The notes below the pieces were generated by a model, which saw nothing but the letters and a program-made list of their open reading frames with translations, ran no database searches and was not told the DNA's origin. Below are positions 8,705 to 24,100 of a DNA stretch of 64,000 bases, piece after piece. The stretch is from assembly GCA_051313645.2 (NCBI GenBank), contig JBNRSN020000031.1, forward strand, positions 4,030,001 through 4,094,000, in the 5' to 3' direction. This DNA is from Centroscyllium fabricii. Lineage: Eukaryota. Positions within the stretch are counted from its first letter, which is position 1, and each line of letters begins with the position of its first letter. A program made the translations under genes and the position numbers.

Positions 8705-9108
8705 AGTAACATAGAAACATAGAAACTAGGAGCAGGAGTAGGCCATTTGGCCCTTCGAGCCTGCTCCGCCATTCAATGAGATCATGGCTGATCATCGAAA
8801 CCCAGCACCCTGTCCCTGCACTCCCCCATATCCCTCGATCCCTATCGAGCCTGCATTGACACATATCCCACTCTATCCCCGTAACCCCATATATTCAATC
8901 CCCCGAACAATAAGGTTCAATTTACCATGGCCAATCAACCTAACCCGCATATGTTTGGACTGTGGGAGGAAACCGGAGCACCCGGAGGAAACCCACGCAG
9001 ACACGGGGAGAATGTGCAAACTCCACACAGATAGTACCCGAGGCTAGATTTGAACCCGGGTCTCCAGTGCTGCGAGACAACAGTGCTAAGCACTGTGCTA
9101 TGGTGCCA
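8705..9108 (-). mobile_element. Full-length tRNA-derived V-SINE (HE1-like) with CR1-derived 3' tail, inserted in the satellite
   Basis: Minus strand shows a tRNA-like head with A-box-like tagcacagtgc and B-box ggttcaaatct (9046-9056); V-domain gtggagtttgcacattctccccgtgtctgcgtgggtttcctccgggtgctccggtttcctcccacagtccaaa; (TTTCTATG)n tail. The satellite is interrupted at ggcat/catctg. Confidence 0.92.
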
Positions 9109-9829
9109 CATCTGTAAGGACAACCTATTATATTCACGTAATAAAATGCTGAGTTATCATTGGCCCACAGGCATCTGTAAGGACTACCTATTATATTTAC
9201 GTAATAACATGCTGAGTTATCATTGGCCCACAGGCATCTGAAGGGACTACCTATTATATACTCGTAATCACATGCTGAGTTATCATTGGTCCACAGGCAT
9301 CTGTAAGGACTACCTATTATATTCACGTAATCACATGCTGAGTTATAATTGGCCCACAGGCATTTGTAAGGACTACGTATTATATTCACGTAATCACATG
9401 CTGAGTTATCATTGGCCCACAGGCATCTGTAAGGACTACCTATTATATTCACGTAATCACATGCTGAGTTATTATTGGCCCACAGGCATCTGTAGGGACT
9501 ACCTATTATATTCACGTATTCACATGCTGAGATATCATTGGCCCACAGGCATCTGTAAGGACTAACTATTATATTCACGTAATAACATGCTGAGTTATCA
9601 TTGGCCCACAGGCAACTGTAGGGACGACCTATTATATTCACGTAATCACATGCTGAGTATTCATTGGCCCACAGGCATCTGTAAGGACTACCTATTATAT
9701 TCACGTAATCACAGGCTGAGTTATAATTGGCTTGCAGGCATCTGTATGGACTACCTAATATATTCACGTAATCACATGCTGAGTTATCATTGGCCCACAG
9801 GCATCTGTAAGGACTACCTATTATATTCA

Positions 9830-12800
9830 CGTAATCACATGCTGAGTTATCATTGGCCCACAGGCATCTGTAAGGACTACCTATTATATTCACGTAATCA
9901 CATGCTGAGTTATCATTGGTCCAAAGGCATCTGTAAGGAGACCTATTGTATTTACGTAATCACATGCTGAGTTATCATTGGCCCACAGGCATCTGTAAGG
10001 ACTACCTATTATATTCATGTAATCACATGCTGAGTTATTATTGGCCCACAGGCATCTGTAAGGACTACATATTATATTCATGTAATCACATGCTGAATTA
10101 TCATTGGACTGCAGGCATCTGTAAGGACTACCTATTATATTCACGTAATCACATGCTGAGTATCATTGGCACACAGGCATTTGTAAGGACTACCTATTAT
10201 ATTCACGTAATCACATGCTGGTTTATAATTGGCACACAGGCATTTGTAAGGACTACCTATCATATTCACGTAATCACAAACTGAGTTATTATTGGCCCAC
10301 AGGCATCTGTAAGGACTACATATTATATTCATGTAATGACATGCTGAGTTATCATTGGCCCACCAGCATCTGTAAGGACTACCAATTATATTCAAGTAAT
10401 CACATGCTGAGTTATCATTGGCCCACAGGCATCTGTAAGGACTATATATTATATTCACGTAATCACATGCTGAGTTATCATTGGCCCACAGGCATCTGTA
10501 AGGACTACCTATTATATTCACGTAATCACATGCTAAGTTATCATTGGCCCACAGGCATCTGTAGGGACTATCTATTATATTCACGTAATCACATGCTGAG
10601 TATTCATTGGCCCACAGGCATCTGTAAGGAGTACATATTATATTCACGTAATCACAGGCTGAGTTATCATTGGCCTGCAGGCATCTGTATTCACTACCTA
10701 TTATATTCACGTAATCACATGCTGAGTTATCATTGGCCCGCAGGCATCTGTAAGGACTACCTATTATATTCACGTAATCACATGCTGAGTTATCATTGGC
10801 CCACAGGCATCTGTAGGGACTACCTATTATATTCACGTAATCACATGCTGAGTATTCATTGGCCCACAGGCATCTGTAAGGACTACCTATTATATTCACG
10901 TAATCACATGCTGAGTTATCATTGGCCCACAGGCATCTGTAAGGACTATATATTATATTCACGTAATCACATGCTGAGTTATCATTGGCCCACAGGCATC
11001 TGTAAGGACTATATAATATATTCACGTAATCACATGCTGAGATATCATTGGCCCACAGGCATCTGTAAGGACTAACTAAAATATTCACGTAATCACATGA
11101 TGAGTTATCATTGGCCCACAGGAATCTGTAAGGACTACCTATTATACTCCCGTAATAATATGCTGAGTTATCATTGGCACACAGGCATTTATAAGCACTA
11201 CCTATTATATTCACGTAATCACATGCTGAGTTATCATTGGCCCACTGGCATCTGTAAGGACTACTATTATATTCACGTAATCATATGCTGAGTTACCATT
11301 GGCCCACAGGCATTTGTAAGGTCTACCTATTATATTCACGTAATCACATGCTGAGATATCATTGGCCCACAGGCATCTGTAAGGACTACCTATTATATTC
11401 ACGTAATCACATGATGAGTTATCATTGGCCCACAGGAATCTGTAAGGACTACCTATTATATTCCCGTAATAATATGCTGAGTTATCATTGGCCCACAGGC
11501 AGCTGTAAGCACTACCTATTATATTCACGTAATCAAATGCTGAGTTATCATTGGCCCACAGGCATCTGTAAGGACTACCTATTATATTTAGGTAATCACA
11601 TGCTGAATTATCATTGGCCCACAGGCATCTGTAAGGACTACCTATTATATTCACGTAATCACATGCTGAGTTATCATTGGCCAACAGGCATCTGTAAGGC
11701 CTACCTGTTATATTCACGTAATCACATGCTGAGTTATCATTGGCCCACAGGCATCTGTAAGGACTACCTATTATATTCACGTAATCACATGCTGAGTTAT
11801 CATTGGTCCAAAGGCATCTGTAAGGAGACCTATTGTATTTACGTAATCACATGCTGAGTTATCATTGGCCCACAGGCATCTGTAAGGACTACCTATTATA
11901 TTCATGTAATCACATGCTGAGTTATTATTGGCCCACAGGCATCTGTAAGGACTACATATTATATTCATGTAATCACATGCTGAATTATCATTGGACTGCA
12001 GGCATCTGTAAGGACTACCTATTATATTCACGTAATCACATGCTGAGTATCATTGGCACACAGGCATTTGTAAGGACTACCTATTATATTCACGTAATCA
12101 CATGCTGGTTTATAATTGGCACACAGGCATTTGTAAGGACTACCTATCATATTCACGTAATCACAAACTGAGTTATTATTGGCCCACAGGCATCTGTAAG
12201 GACTACATATTATATTCATGTAATGACATGCTGAGTTATCATTGGCCCACCAGCATCTGTAAGGACTACCAATTATATTCAAGTAATCACATGCTGAGTT
12301 ATCATTGGCCCACAGGCATCTGTAAGGACTATATATTATATTCACGTAATCACATGCTGAGTTATCATTGGCCCACAGGCATCTGTAAGGACTACCTATT
12401 ATATTCACGTAATCACATGCTAAGTTATCATTGGCCCACAGGCATCTGTAGGGACTACCTATTATATTCACGTAATCACATGCTGAGTATTCATTGGCCC
12501 ACAGGCATCTGTAAGGAGTACATATTATATTCACGTAATCACAGGCTGAGTTATCATTGGCCTGCAGGCATCTGTATTCACTACCTATTATATTCACGTA
12601 ATCACATGCTGAGTTATCATTGGCCCGCAGGCATCTGTAAGGACTACCTATTATATTCACGTAATCACATGCTGAGTTATCATTGGCCCACAGGCATCTG
12701 TAGGGACTACCTATTATATTCACGTAATCACATGCTGAGTATTCATTGGCCCACAGGCATCTGTAAGGACTACCTATTATATTCACGTAATCACATGCTG

Positions 12801-15490
12801 AGTTATCATTGGCCCACAGGCATCTGTAAGGACTATATATTATATTCACGTAATCACATGCTGAGTTATCATTGGCCCACAGGCATCTGTAAGGACTATA
12901 TAATATATTCACGTAATCACATGCTGAGATATCATTGGCCCACAGGCATCTGTAAGGACTAACTAAAATATTCACGTAATCACATGATGAGTTATCATTG
13001 GCCCACAGGAATCTGTAAGGACTACCTATTATACTCCCGTAATAATATGCTGAGTTATCATTGGCACACAGGCATTTATAAGCACTACCTATTATATTCA
13101 CGTAATCACATGCTGAGTTATCATTGGCCCACTGGCATCTGTAAGGACTACTATTATATTCACGTAATCATATGCTGAGTTACCATTGGCCCACAGGCAT
13201 TTGTAAGGTCTACCTATTATATTCACGTAATCACATGCTGAGATATCATTGGCCCACAGGCATCTGTAAGGACTACCTATTATATTCACGTAATCACATG
13301 ATGAGTTATCATTGGCCCACAGGAATCTGTAAGGACTACCTATTATATTCCCGTAATAATATGCTGAGTTATCATTGGCCCACAGGCAGCTGTAAGCACT
13401 ACCTATTATATTCACGTAATCAAATGCTGAGTTATCATTGGCCCACAGGCATCTGTAAGGACTACCTATTATATTCAGGTAATCACATGCTGAATTATCA
13501 TTGGCCCACAGGCATCTGTAAGGACTACCTATTATATTCACGTAATCACATGCTGAGTTATCATTGGCCAACAGGCATCTGTAAGGCCTACCTGTTATAT
13601 TCACGTAATCACATGCTGAGTTATCATTGGCCCACAGGCATCTGTAAGGACTACCTATTATATTCACGTAATCACATGCTGAGTTATCATTGGTCCAAAG
13701 GCATCTGTAAGGAGACCTATTGTATTTACGTAATCACATGCTGAGTTATCATTGGCCCACAGGCATCTGTAAGGACTACCTATTATATTCATGTAATCAC
13801 ATGCTGAGTTATTATTGGCCCACAGGCATCTGTAAGGACTACATATTATATTCATGTAATCACATGCTGAATTATCATTGGCCTGCAGGCATCTGTAAGG
13901 ACTACCTATTATATTCACGTAATCACATGCTGAGTATCATTGGCACACAGGCATTTGTAAGGACTACCTATTATATTCACGTAATCACATGCTGGTTTAT
14001 AATTGGCACACAGGCATTTGTAAGGACTACCTATCATATTCACGTAATCACAAACTGAGTTATTATTGGCCCACAGGCATCTGTAAGGACTACATATTAT
14101 ATTCATGTAATGACATGCTGAGTTATCATTGGCCCACCAGCATCTGTAAGGACTACCAATTATATTCAAGTAATCACATGCTGAGTTATCATTGGCCCAC
14201 AGGCATCTGTAAGGACTATATATTATATTCACGTAATCACATGCTGAGTTATCATTGGCCCACAGGCATCTGTAAGGACTACCTATTATATTCACGTAAT
14301 CACATGCTAAGTTATCATTGGCCCACAGGCATCTGTAGGGACTACCTATTATATTCACGTAATCACATGCTGAGTATTCATTGGCCCACAGGCATCTGTA
14401 AGGAGTACATATTATATTCACGTAATCACAGGCTGAGTTATCATTGGCCTGCAGGCATCTGTATGCACTACCTATTATATTCACGTAATCACATGCTGAG
14501 TTATCATTGGCCCGCAGGCATCTGTAAGGACTTCCTATTATATTCACGTAATCACATGCTGAGTTATCATTGGCCCACAGGCATCTGTAGGGACTACCTA
14601 TTATATTCACGTAATCACATGCTGAGTATTCATTGGCCCACAGGCATCTGTAAGGACTACCTATTATATTCACGTAATCACATGCTGAGTTATCATTGGC
14701 CCACAGGCATCTGTAAGGACTATATATTATATTCACGTAATCACATGCTGAGTTATCATTGGCCCACAGGCATCTGTAAGGACTATATAATATATTCACG
14801 TAATCACATGCTGAGATATCATTGGCCCACAGGCATCTGTAAGGACTAACTAAAATATTCACGTAATCACATGATGAGTTATCATTGGCCCACAGGAATC
14901 TGTAAGGACTACCTATTATACTCCCGTAATAATATGCTGAGTTATCATTGGCACACAGGCATTTATAAGCACTACCTATTATATTCACGTAATCACATGC
15001 TGAGTTATCATTGGCCCACTGGCATCTGTAAGGACTACTATTATATTCACGTAATCATATGCTGAGTTACCATTGGCCCACAGGCATTTGTAAGGTCTAC
15101 CTATTATATTCACGTAATCACATGCTGAGATATCATTGGCCCACAGGCATCTGTAAGGACTACCTATTATATTCACGTAATCACATGATGAGTTATCATT
15201 GGCCCACAGGAATCTGTAAGGATTACCTATTATATTCCCGTAATAATATGCTGAGTTATCATTGGCCCACAGGCAGCTGTAAGCACTACCTATTATATTC
15301 ACGTAATCAAATGCTGAGTTATCATTGGCCCACAGGCATCTGTAAGGACTACCTATTATATTCAGGTAAACACATGCTGAATTATCATTGGCCCACAGGC
15401 ATCTGTAAGGACTACCTATTATATTCACGTAATCACATGCTGAGTTATCATTGGCCAACAGGCATCTGTAAGGCCTACCTGTTATATTCA
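9830..15490. repeat. 1887-bp (30-monomer) higher-order repeat, 3 near-identical tandem copies
   Basis: The ORF track repeats at exactly +1887 (9890/11777/13664; 10215/12102/13989; 11097/12984/14871). 1887 = 30x63 - 3. Confidence 0.95.
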
Positions 15491-16829
15491 CGTAATCACA
15501 TGCTGAGTTATCATTGGCCCACAGGCATTTGTAAGGACTACCTATTATATTCAAGTAATCACATGGTGAGTTATCATTGGCCCACAGGCATCTGTAAGGA
15601 CTACCTTTTATATTCACGTAATCACATGCTGAATTATCATTGGCCCACAGCAATCTGTAAGGACTTCCTATTATATTCACGTAATCACATGCTGAGTTAT
15701 CATTGGCCCACAGGCATCTGTAAGGACTACCTATTATATTCACGTAATCACATGCTGAGATATCATTGGCCCACAGGCATCTGTAAGGACTACCTATTAT
15801 ATTCACGTAATCACATGCTAAGTTATCATTGGCCCACAGGCTTCTGTAAGGACTACCTTATATATTCACGTAATCACATGCTGAATTATCATTGGGCCAC
15901 AGGCATCTGTAAGGTCTACCTATTATATTCACGTAATCACATGCTGAGTTATCATTGGCCCGCAGGCATCTGTAAGGACAACCAATTATATTCACGTGAT
16001 CACATGCTGAGTTATCATTGGCCCACAGGCATCTGTAAGGACTACTATTGTAATCACGTAACCAAATGCTGAGTTATCATTGGCCCACAGGCATCTGTAA
16101 GGACTACTATTGTATTCAAGTAATCACATGCTGAGTTATCATTGGCCCGCAGGCATCTGTAAGGACTACCTATTATATTAACGTAATCACACGCTGAGTT
16201 ATCATTGGCCCACAGGCATCTGTAAGGACTACTATTATATTCACGTAATCACATGCTGAGTTATCATTGGCCCACTGGCATCTGTAAGGACGACTATTGT
16301 ATTCACGTAATCAAATGCTGAGTTATCATTGGCCCCCAGGCATCTGTACGGTCTACTATTGTATTCACGTAATCACATGCTGAGTTATCATTGGCCCACA
16401 GGCATCTGTAAGTTCTACCTATTATATTCACATAATCACATGCTGAGTTATCATTGGCCCACAGGCATCTGTATGGACTACTAATATATTCACGTAATCA
16501 TATGCCGAGTTATCATTGGCCAACAGGCATCTGTAAGGACTACCTATTATATTCACGTAATCAGATGCTGAGTTATCATTGGCCCACAAGCATTTGTAAG
16601 GACTACCTATTATAATCACGTAATCACATGCTGAGTTATCATTGGCCCACAGGCATCTGTAAGGACTACCTATTATATTCACGTAATCACATGCTGAGTT
16701 ATAATTGGCCAACAGGCATCTGTAAGGACTACCAATTATATTCACGTAATCATATGCTGAGTTATCATCGGCCAACAGACATCTGTAAGGACTACCTACT
16801 GTATTCAAGTAATCACATGCTGAGTTATC

Positions 16830-19800
16830 ATTGGCCCACAGGCATCTGGAAGGACAGCCTATTATATTCACGTAATCACATGTTGAGTTATCATTGGCCC
16901 ACAGGCATCTGTAAGTACTACCTATTATGTTAACGTAATCACATGTTGAGTTATCATTGGCCCACAGGCATCTGGAAGGACTACCTATTATATTCACGTA
17001 ATCACATGCTGAGTTATCATTGGCCCACAGGCATCTGTAAGGACTACCTATTATATTCAGGTAATCACATGCTGAATTATCATTGGCCCACAGGCATCTA
17101 TAAGGACTACCTATTATATTCACGTAATCACATGCTGAGTTATCATTGGCCCGCAGGCATCTGCAAGGCTACCTATTATATTCACGTAATCACATGCTGA
17201 GTTATCATTGGCCACAGGCATCTGTAAAGACTACATATTATATTCACGTAATCACATGCTGAGTTATCATTGGCCCACAGGCATCTGTAAGCACTACCTT
17301 TTATATTCACGTAATCACATGCTGAATTATCATTGGCCCACAGGCATCTGTAAGGACTACCTTTTATATTCACCTAATCACATGCTGAATTATCATTGGC
17401 CCACAGCAATCTGTAAGGACTTCCTATTATATTCACGTAATCACATGCTGAGTTATCATTGGCCCACAGACATCTGTAAGGACTACCTATTATATTCATG
17501 TAATCACATGCTGAGATATCATTGGCGAACAGGCATCTGTAAGGACTACCTATTATATTAACGTAATCACATGCTAAGTTATCATTGGCCCACAGGCATC
17601 TGTAAGGACTACCTTATATATTCACGTAATCACATGCTGAATTATCATTGGCCCACAGGCATCTGTAAGGGCTACCTATTATATTCACGTAATCACATGC
17701 TGAGTTATCATTCGCCCGCAGGCATCTGTAAGGACTACCAATTATATTCACGTGATCACATGCTGAGTTATCATTGGCCCACAGGCATCTGTAAGGACTA
17801 CTATTGTAATCACGTAACCAAATGCTGAGTTATCATTGGCCCACAGGCATCTGTAAGGACTACAATTGTATTCAAGTAATCACATGCTGAGTTATCATTG
17901 GCCCACTGGCATCTGTAAGGACGACTAATGTATTCACGTAATCAAATGCTGAGTTATCATTGGCCCCCAGGCATCTGTATGGTCTACTATTGTATTCACG
18001 TAATCACATGCTGAGTTATCATTGGCTCGCAGGCATCTGTAAGAACTACTATTATATTCACGTAATCATATGCTGAGTTATCATTGGCCCACAGGCATCT
18101 GTAAGAACTACTATTATATTCACGTAATCATATGCCGAGTTATCATTGGCCCACAGGCATCTGTAAGGACTACCTATTATATTCACGTAATCATATGCTG
18201 AGTTATCATTGGCCCACAAGCATCTATAAGGACTACCTATTATAATCACGTAATCACATGCTGAGTTATCATTGGCCCACAGGCATCTGTAAGGACTACC
18301 TATTATATTCACGTATTCACATGCTGAGTTATCATTGGCCAACAGGCATCTGTAAGGACTACCAATTATATTCACGTAATCATATGCTGAGTTATCATTG
18401 GCCAACAGACATCTGTAAGGATTACCTATTGTATTCAAGTAATCACATGCTGAGTTATCATTGGCCCACAGGCATCTGGAAGGACTACCTATTATATTCA
18501 CGTAATCACATGCTGAATTATCATTGGACCAAAGGCATCTGTAAGGACAGCCAATTATATTCACGTAATCACATGTTGAGTTATCATTGGCCCACAGGCA
18601 TCTGTAAGGACTACTATTATATTCACGTAATCATATGCCGAGTTATCATTGGCCCACAGGCATCTGTAAGGACTACCTATTATATTCACGTAATCACATG
18701 CTGAGTTATCATTGGCCCACAAGCATCTGTAAGGACTACCTATTATAATCACGTAATCACATGCTGAGTTATCATTGGCCCACAGGCATCTGTAAGGACT
18801 ACCTATTATATTCACGTAATCACATGCTGAGTTATCATTGGCCAACAGGCATCTGTAAGGACTACCAATTATATTCACGTAATCATATGCTGAGTTATCA
18901 TCGGCCAACAGACATCTGTAAGGACTACCTATTGTATTCAAGTAATCACATGCTGAGTTATCATTGGACCACAGGCATCTGGAAGGACTACCTATTATAT
19001 TCATGTAATCAAATGCTGAAATATCATTGGACCAAAGGCATCTGTAAGGACTACTTATTATATTCACGTAATCACATGCAGAGTTATCATTGGCCCACAG
19101 GCATCTGGAAGGACTACCTATTATATTCACGTAATCACATGCTGAGTTATCATTGGCCCACAGGCATCTGTAAGGACTACCTATTATATTCAGGTAATCA
19201 CATGCTGAATTATTATTGGCCCACAGGCATCTGTAAGGACTACCTATTATATTCACGTAATCACATGCTGAGTTATCATTGGCCCGCAGGCATCTGCAAG
19301 GATACCTATTATATTCACGTAATCACATGCTGAGTTATCATTCGCCACAGGCATCTGAAATAACTACCTTTTATATTCACGTAATCACATGCTGAATTAT
19401 CATTGGCCCAAAGCAACCTGTAAGGACTTCCTATTATATTCACGTAATCACATGCTGAGTTATCATTGGCCCACAGGCATCTGGAAGGACAGCCTATTAT
19501 ATTCACGTAATCACATGTTGAGTTATCATTGGCCCACAGGCATCTGTAAGTACTACCTATTATATTAACGTAATCACATGTTGAGTTATCATTGGCCCAC
19601 AGGCATCTGGAAGGACTACCTATTATATTCACGTAATCACATGCTGAGTTATCATTGGCCCACAGGCATCTGTAAGAACTACCTATTATATTCAGGTAAT
19701 CACATGCTGAATTATCATTGGCCCACAGGCATCTATAAGGACTACCTATTATATTCACGTAATCACATGCTGAGTTATCATTGGCCCGCAGGCATCTGCA

Positions 19801-21140
19801 AGGCTACCTATTATATTCACGTAATCACATGCTGAGTTATCATTGGCCACAGGCATCTGTAAAGACTACATATTATATTCACGTAATCACATGCTGATTT
19901 ATCATTGGCCCACAGGCATCTGTAAGGACTACCTTTTATATTCACGTAATCACATGCTGAATTATCATTGGCCCACAGGCATCTGTAAGGACTACCTTTT
20001 ATATTCACGTAATCACATGCTGAATTATCATTGGCCCACAGCAATCTGTAAGGACGTCCTATTATATTCACGTAATCACATGCTGAGTTATCATTGGCCC
20101 ACAGGCATCTGTAAGGACTACCTATTATATTCACGTAATCACATGCTGAGATATCATTGGCGAACAGGCATCTGTAAGGACTACCTATTATATTAATGTA
20201 ATCACATGCTAAGTTATCATTGGCCCACAGGCATCTGTAAGGACTACCTTATATATTCACGTAATCACATGCTGAATTATCATTGGCCCACAGGCATCTG
20301 TAAGGGCTACCTATTATATTCACGTAATCACATGCTGAGTTATCATTCGCCCGCAGGCATCTGTAAGGACTACCAATTATATTCACGTGATCACATGCTG
20401 AGTTATCATTGGCACACAGGCATCTGTAAGGACTAGTATTGTAATCACGTAACCAAATGCTGAGTTATCATTGGCCCACAGGCATCTGTAAGGACTACAA
20501 TTGTATTCAAGTAATCACATGCTGAGTTATCATTGGCCCACTGGCATCTGTAAGGACGACTAATGTATTCACGTAATCAAATGCTGAGTTATCATTGGCC
20601 CCCAGGCATCTGTATGGTCTACTATTGTATTCACGTAATCACATGCTGAGTTATCATTGGCTCGCAGGCATCTGTAAGAACTACTATTATATTCACGTAA
20701 TCATATGCTGAGTTATCATTGGCCCACAGGCATCTGTAAGAACTACTATTATATTCACGTAATCATATGCCGAGTTATCATTGGCCCACAGGCATCTGTA
20801 AGGACTACCTATTATATTCACGTAATCATATGCTGAGTTATCATTGGCCCACAAGCATCTGTAAAGACTACCTATTATAATCACGTAATCACATTCTGAG
20901 TTATCATTGGCCCACAGGCATCTGTAAGGACTACCTATTATATTCACGTAATCACATGCTGAGTTATCATTGGCCAACAGGCATCTGTAAGGACTACCAA
21001 TTATATTCACGTAATCATATGCTGAGTTATCATCGGCCAACAGACATCTGTAAGGACTACCTATTGTATTCAAGTAATCACATGCTGAGTTTTCATTGGA
21101 CCACAGGCATCTGGAAGGACTACCTATTATATTCACGTAA
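16830..21140. repeat. Segmental duplication within the satellite at 2635-bp offset (about 42 monomers)
   Basis: ORF pairs 16943/19578, 17208/19843, 17571/20206 and 18058/20693 share rare variants (ggcgaacagg, ttcgcccgca, ggctcgcagg). Confidence 0.8.
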
Positions 21141-24100
21141 TCACATGCTGAATTATCATTGGACCAAAGGCATCTGTAAGGACAGCCTATTATATTCACG
21201 TAATCACATGTTGTGTTATCATTGGCCCACAGGCATCTGTAAGGACTACTTATTATATTCACGTAATCACATGCAGAGTTATCATTGGCCCACAGGCATC
21301 TGGAAGGACTACCTATTATATTTACGTAATCACATGCTGAGTTATCATTGGCCCACAGGCATCTGTAAGGACTACCTATTATATTCAGGTAATCACATGC
21401 TGAATTATCATTGGCCCACAGGCATCTGTAAGGACTACCTATTATATTCACGTAATCACATGCTGAGTTATCATTGGCCCGCAGGCATCTGCAAGGATAC
21501 CTATTATATTCACGTAATCACATGCTGAGTTAGCATTCGCCAAAGGCATCTGAAAGGACTACCTTTTATATTCACGTAATCACATGCTGTGTTATCATTG
21601 GCCCACAGGAATCTGTAAGGACTACCTATTATATTCACGTAATCACATGCTGAGATATCATTGGCCCACAGGCATCTGTAAGGACTACCTGTTATATTCA
21701 AGTTAATCACATGCTAAGTTATCATTGGCCCACAGGCATCTGTAAGGACTACCTATTATATTCACGTAATCACATGCTGAATTATCATTGGCCCACAGGC
21801 ATCTGTAAGGACTACCAATTATATTCATGTGATCACATGCTGAGTTATCATTGGCCCACAGGCATCTGTAAGGACTACTATTGTAATCACGTAACCAAAT
21901 GCTGAGTTATCATTGGCCCACAGGCATCTGTAAGGACTACTATTGTATTCAAGTAATCACATGCTGAGTTATCATTGGCCCGCAGGCATCTGTAAGGACT
22001 ACCTATTATATTCACGGAATCACATGCTGAGTTATCATTGGCCCACAGGCATCTGTAAGGACTACTATTATATTCACGTAATCACATGATGAGTTATCAT
22101 TGGCCCACTGGCATCTGTAAGGACGACTATTGTATTCACGTAATCAAATGCTGAGTTATCATTGGCCCCCAAGCATCTGTATGCTCTACTATTGTATTCA
22201 CGTAATCACATGCTGAGTTATCATTGGCCCGCAGGCATCTGTAAGATCTACCAATTATATTCACATAATCACATGCTGAGTTATTATTGGCCCACAGGCA
22301 TCTGTATGAACTATTATTATATTCACGTAATCATATGCCGAGTTATCATTGGCCCACAGGCATCTGTAAGGACTACCTATTATATTCAAGTAATCACATG
22401 CTGAGTTATCATTGGCCCAAAAGCATCTGTAAGATCTACCTATTATAATCACGTAATCACATGCTGAGTTATCATTGGCCCACAGGCATCTGTAAGGACT
22501 ACCTATTATATTCACGTAATCGCATGCTGAGTTATCATTCGCCCGCAGGCATCTCTAATGACTACCAATTATATTCACGTGATCACATGCTGAGTTATCA
22601 TTGGCCCACAGGCATCTGTAAGGACTACAATTGTAATCACGTAACCAAATGCTGAGTTATGATTGGCCCACAGGCATCTGTAAGGACTACTATTGTATTC
22701 AAGTAATCACATGCTGAGTTATCATTGGCCCACTGGCATCTATAAGGACGACTATTGTATTCACGTAATCAAATGCTGAGTTATCATTGGCCCCCAGGCA
22801 TCTGTATGGTCTACTATTGTATTCACGTAATCACATGATGAGTTATCATTGGCTCGCAGGCATCTGTAAGAACTACTATTATATTCACGTAATCATATGC
22901 TGAGTTATCATTGGCCCACAGGCATCTGTAAGAACTACTATTATATTCACGTAATCATATGCCGAGTTAACATTGGCCCACAGGCATCTGTAAGGACTAC
23001 CTATTATATTCACGTAATCATATGCTGAGTTATCATTGGCCCACAAGCATCTGTAAGGACTACCTATTATAATCACGTAATCACATGCTGAGTTATCATT
23101 GGCCCAGAGGCATCTGTAAGGACTACCTATTATATTCACGCAATCACATGCTGAGTTATCATTGGCCAACAGGCATCTGTAAGGACTACTATTGTATTCA
23201 AGTAATCACATGCTGAGTTATCATTGGCCCACTGGCATCTGTAAGGACGACTATTGTATTCACGTAATCAAATGCTGAGTTATCATTGGCCCCCAGGCAT
23301 CTGTATGGTCTACTATTGTATTCACGTAATCACATGATGAGTTATCATTGGCTCGCAGGCATCTTTAAGAACTACTATTATATTCACGTAATCATATGCT
23401 GAGTTATCATTGGCCCACAGGCATCTGTAAGAACTACTATTATATTCACGTAATCATATGCCGAGTTATCATTGGCCCACAGGGATCTGTAAGGACTACC
23501 TATTATATTCACGTAATCATATGCTGAGTTATCATTGGCCCACAAGCATCTGTAAGGACTACCTATTATAATCACGTAATCACATGCTGAGTTATCATTG
23601 GCCCACAAGCATCTGTAAGGACTACCTATTATATTCACGTAATCACATGCTGAATTATCATTGGACCAAAGGCATCTGTAAGGACAGCCTATTATATTCA
23701 CGTAATCACATGTTGAGTTATCATAGGCCCACAGGCATCTGTAAGGGCTACTATTATATTCACGTAATCATATGCCGAGTTATCATTGGCCCACAGGCAT
23801 CTGTAAGGACTACCTATTATATTCACGTAATCACATGCTGAGTTATCATTGGCCCACAAGCATCTGTAAGGACTACCTATTATAATCACGTAATCACATG
23901 CTGAGTTATCATTGGCCCACAGGCATCCGTAAGGACTACCTATTATATTCACGTAATCACATGCTGAGTTATCATTGGCCAACAGGCATCTGTAAGGACT
24001 ACCAATTATATTCACTTAATCATATGCTGAGTTATCATCGGCCAACAGACATCTGTATGGACTACCTATTGTATTCAAGTAATCACATGCTGAGTTATCA

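Noticed and set aside
9030-9108. tRNA gene on the minus strand
   Set aside because: The A/B boxes belong to the tRNA-derived SINE head, which runs directly into the V-domain; no complete cloverleaf is evident.
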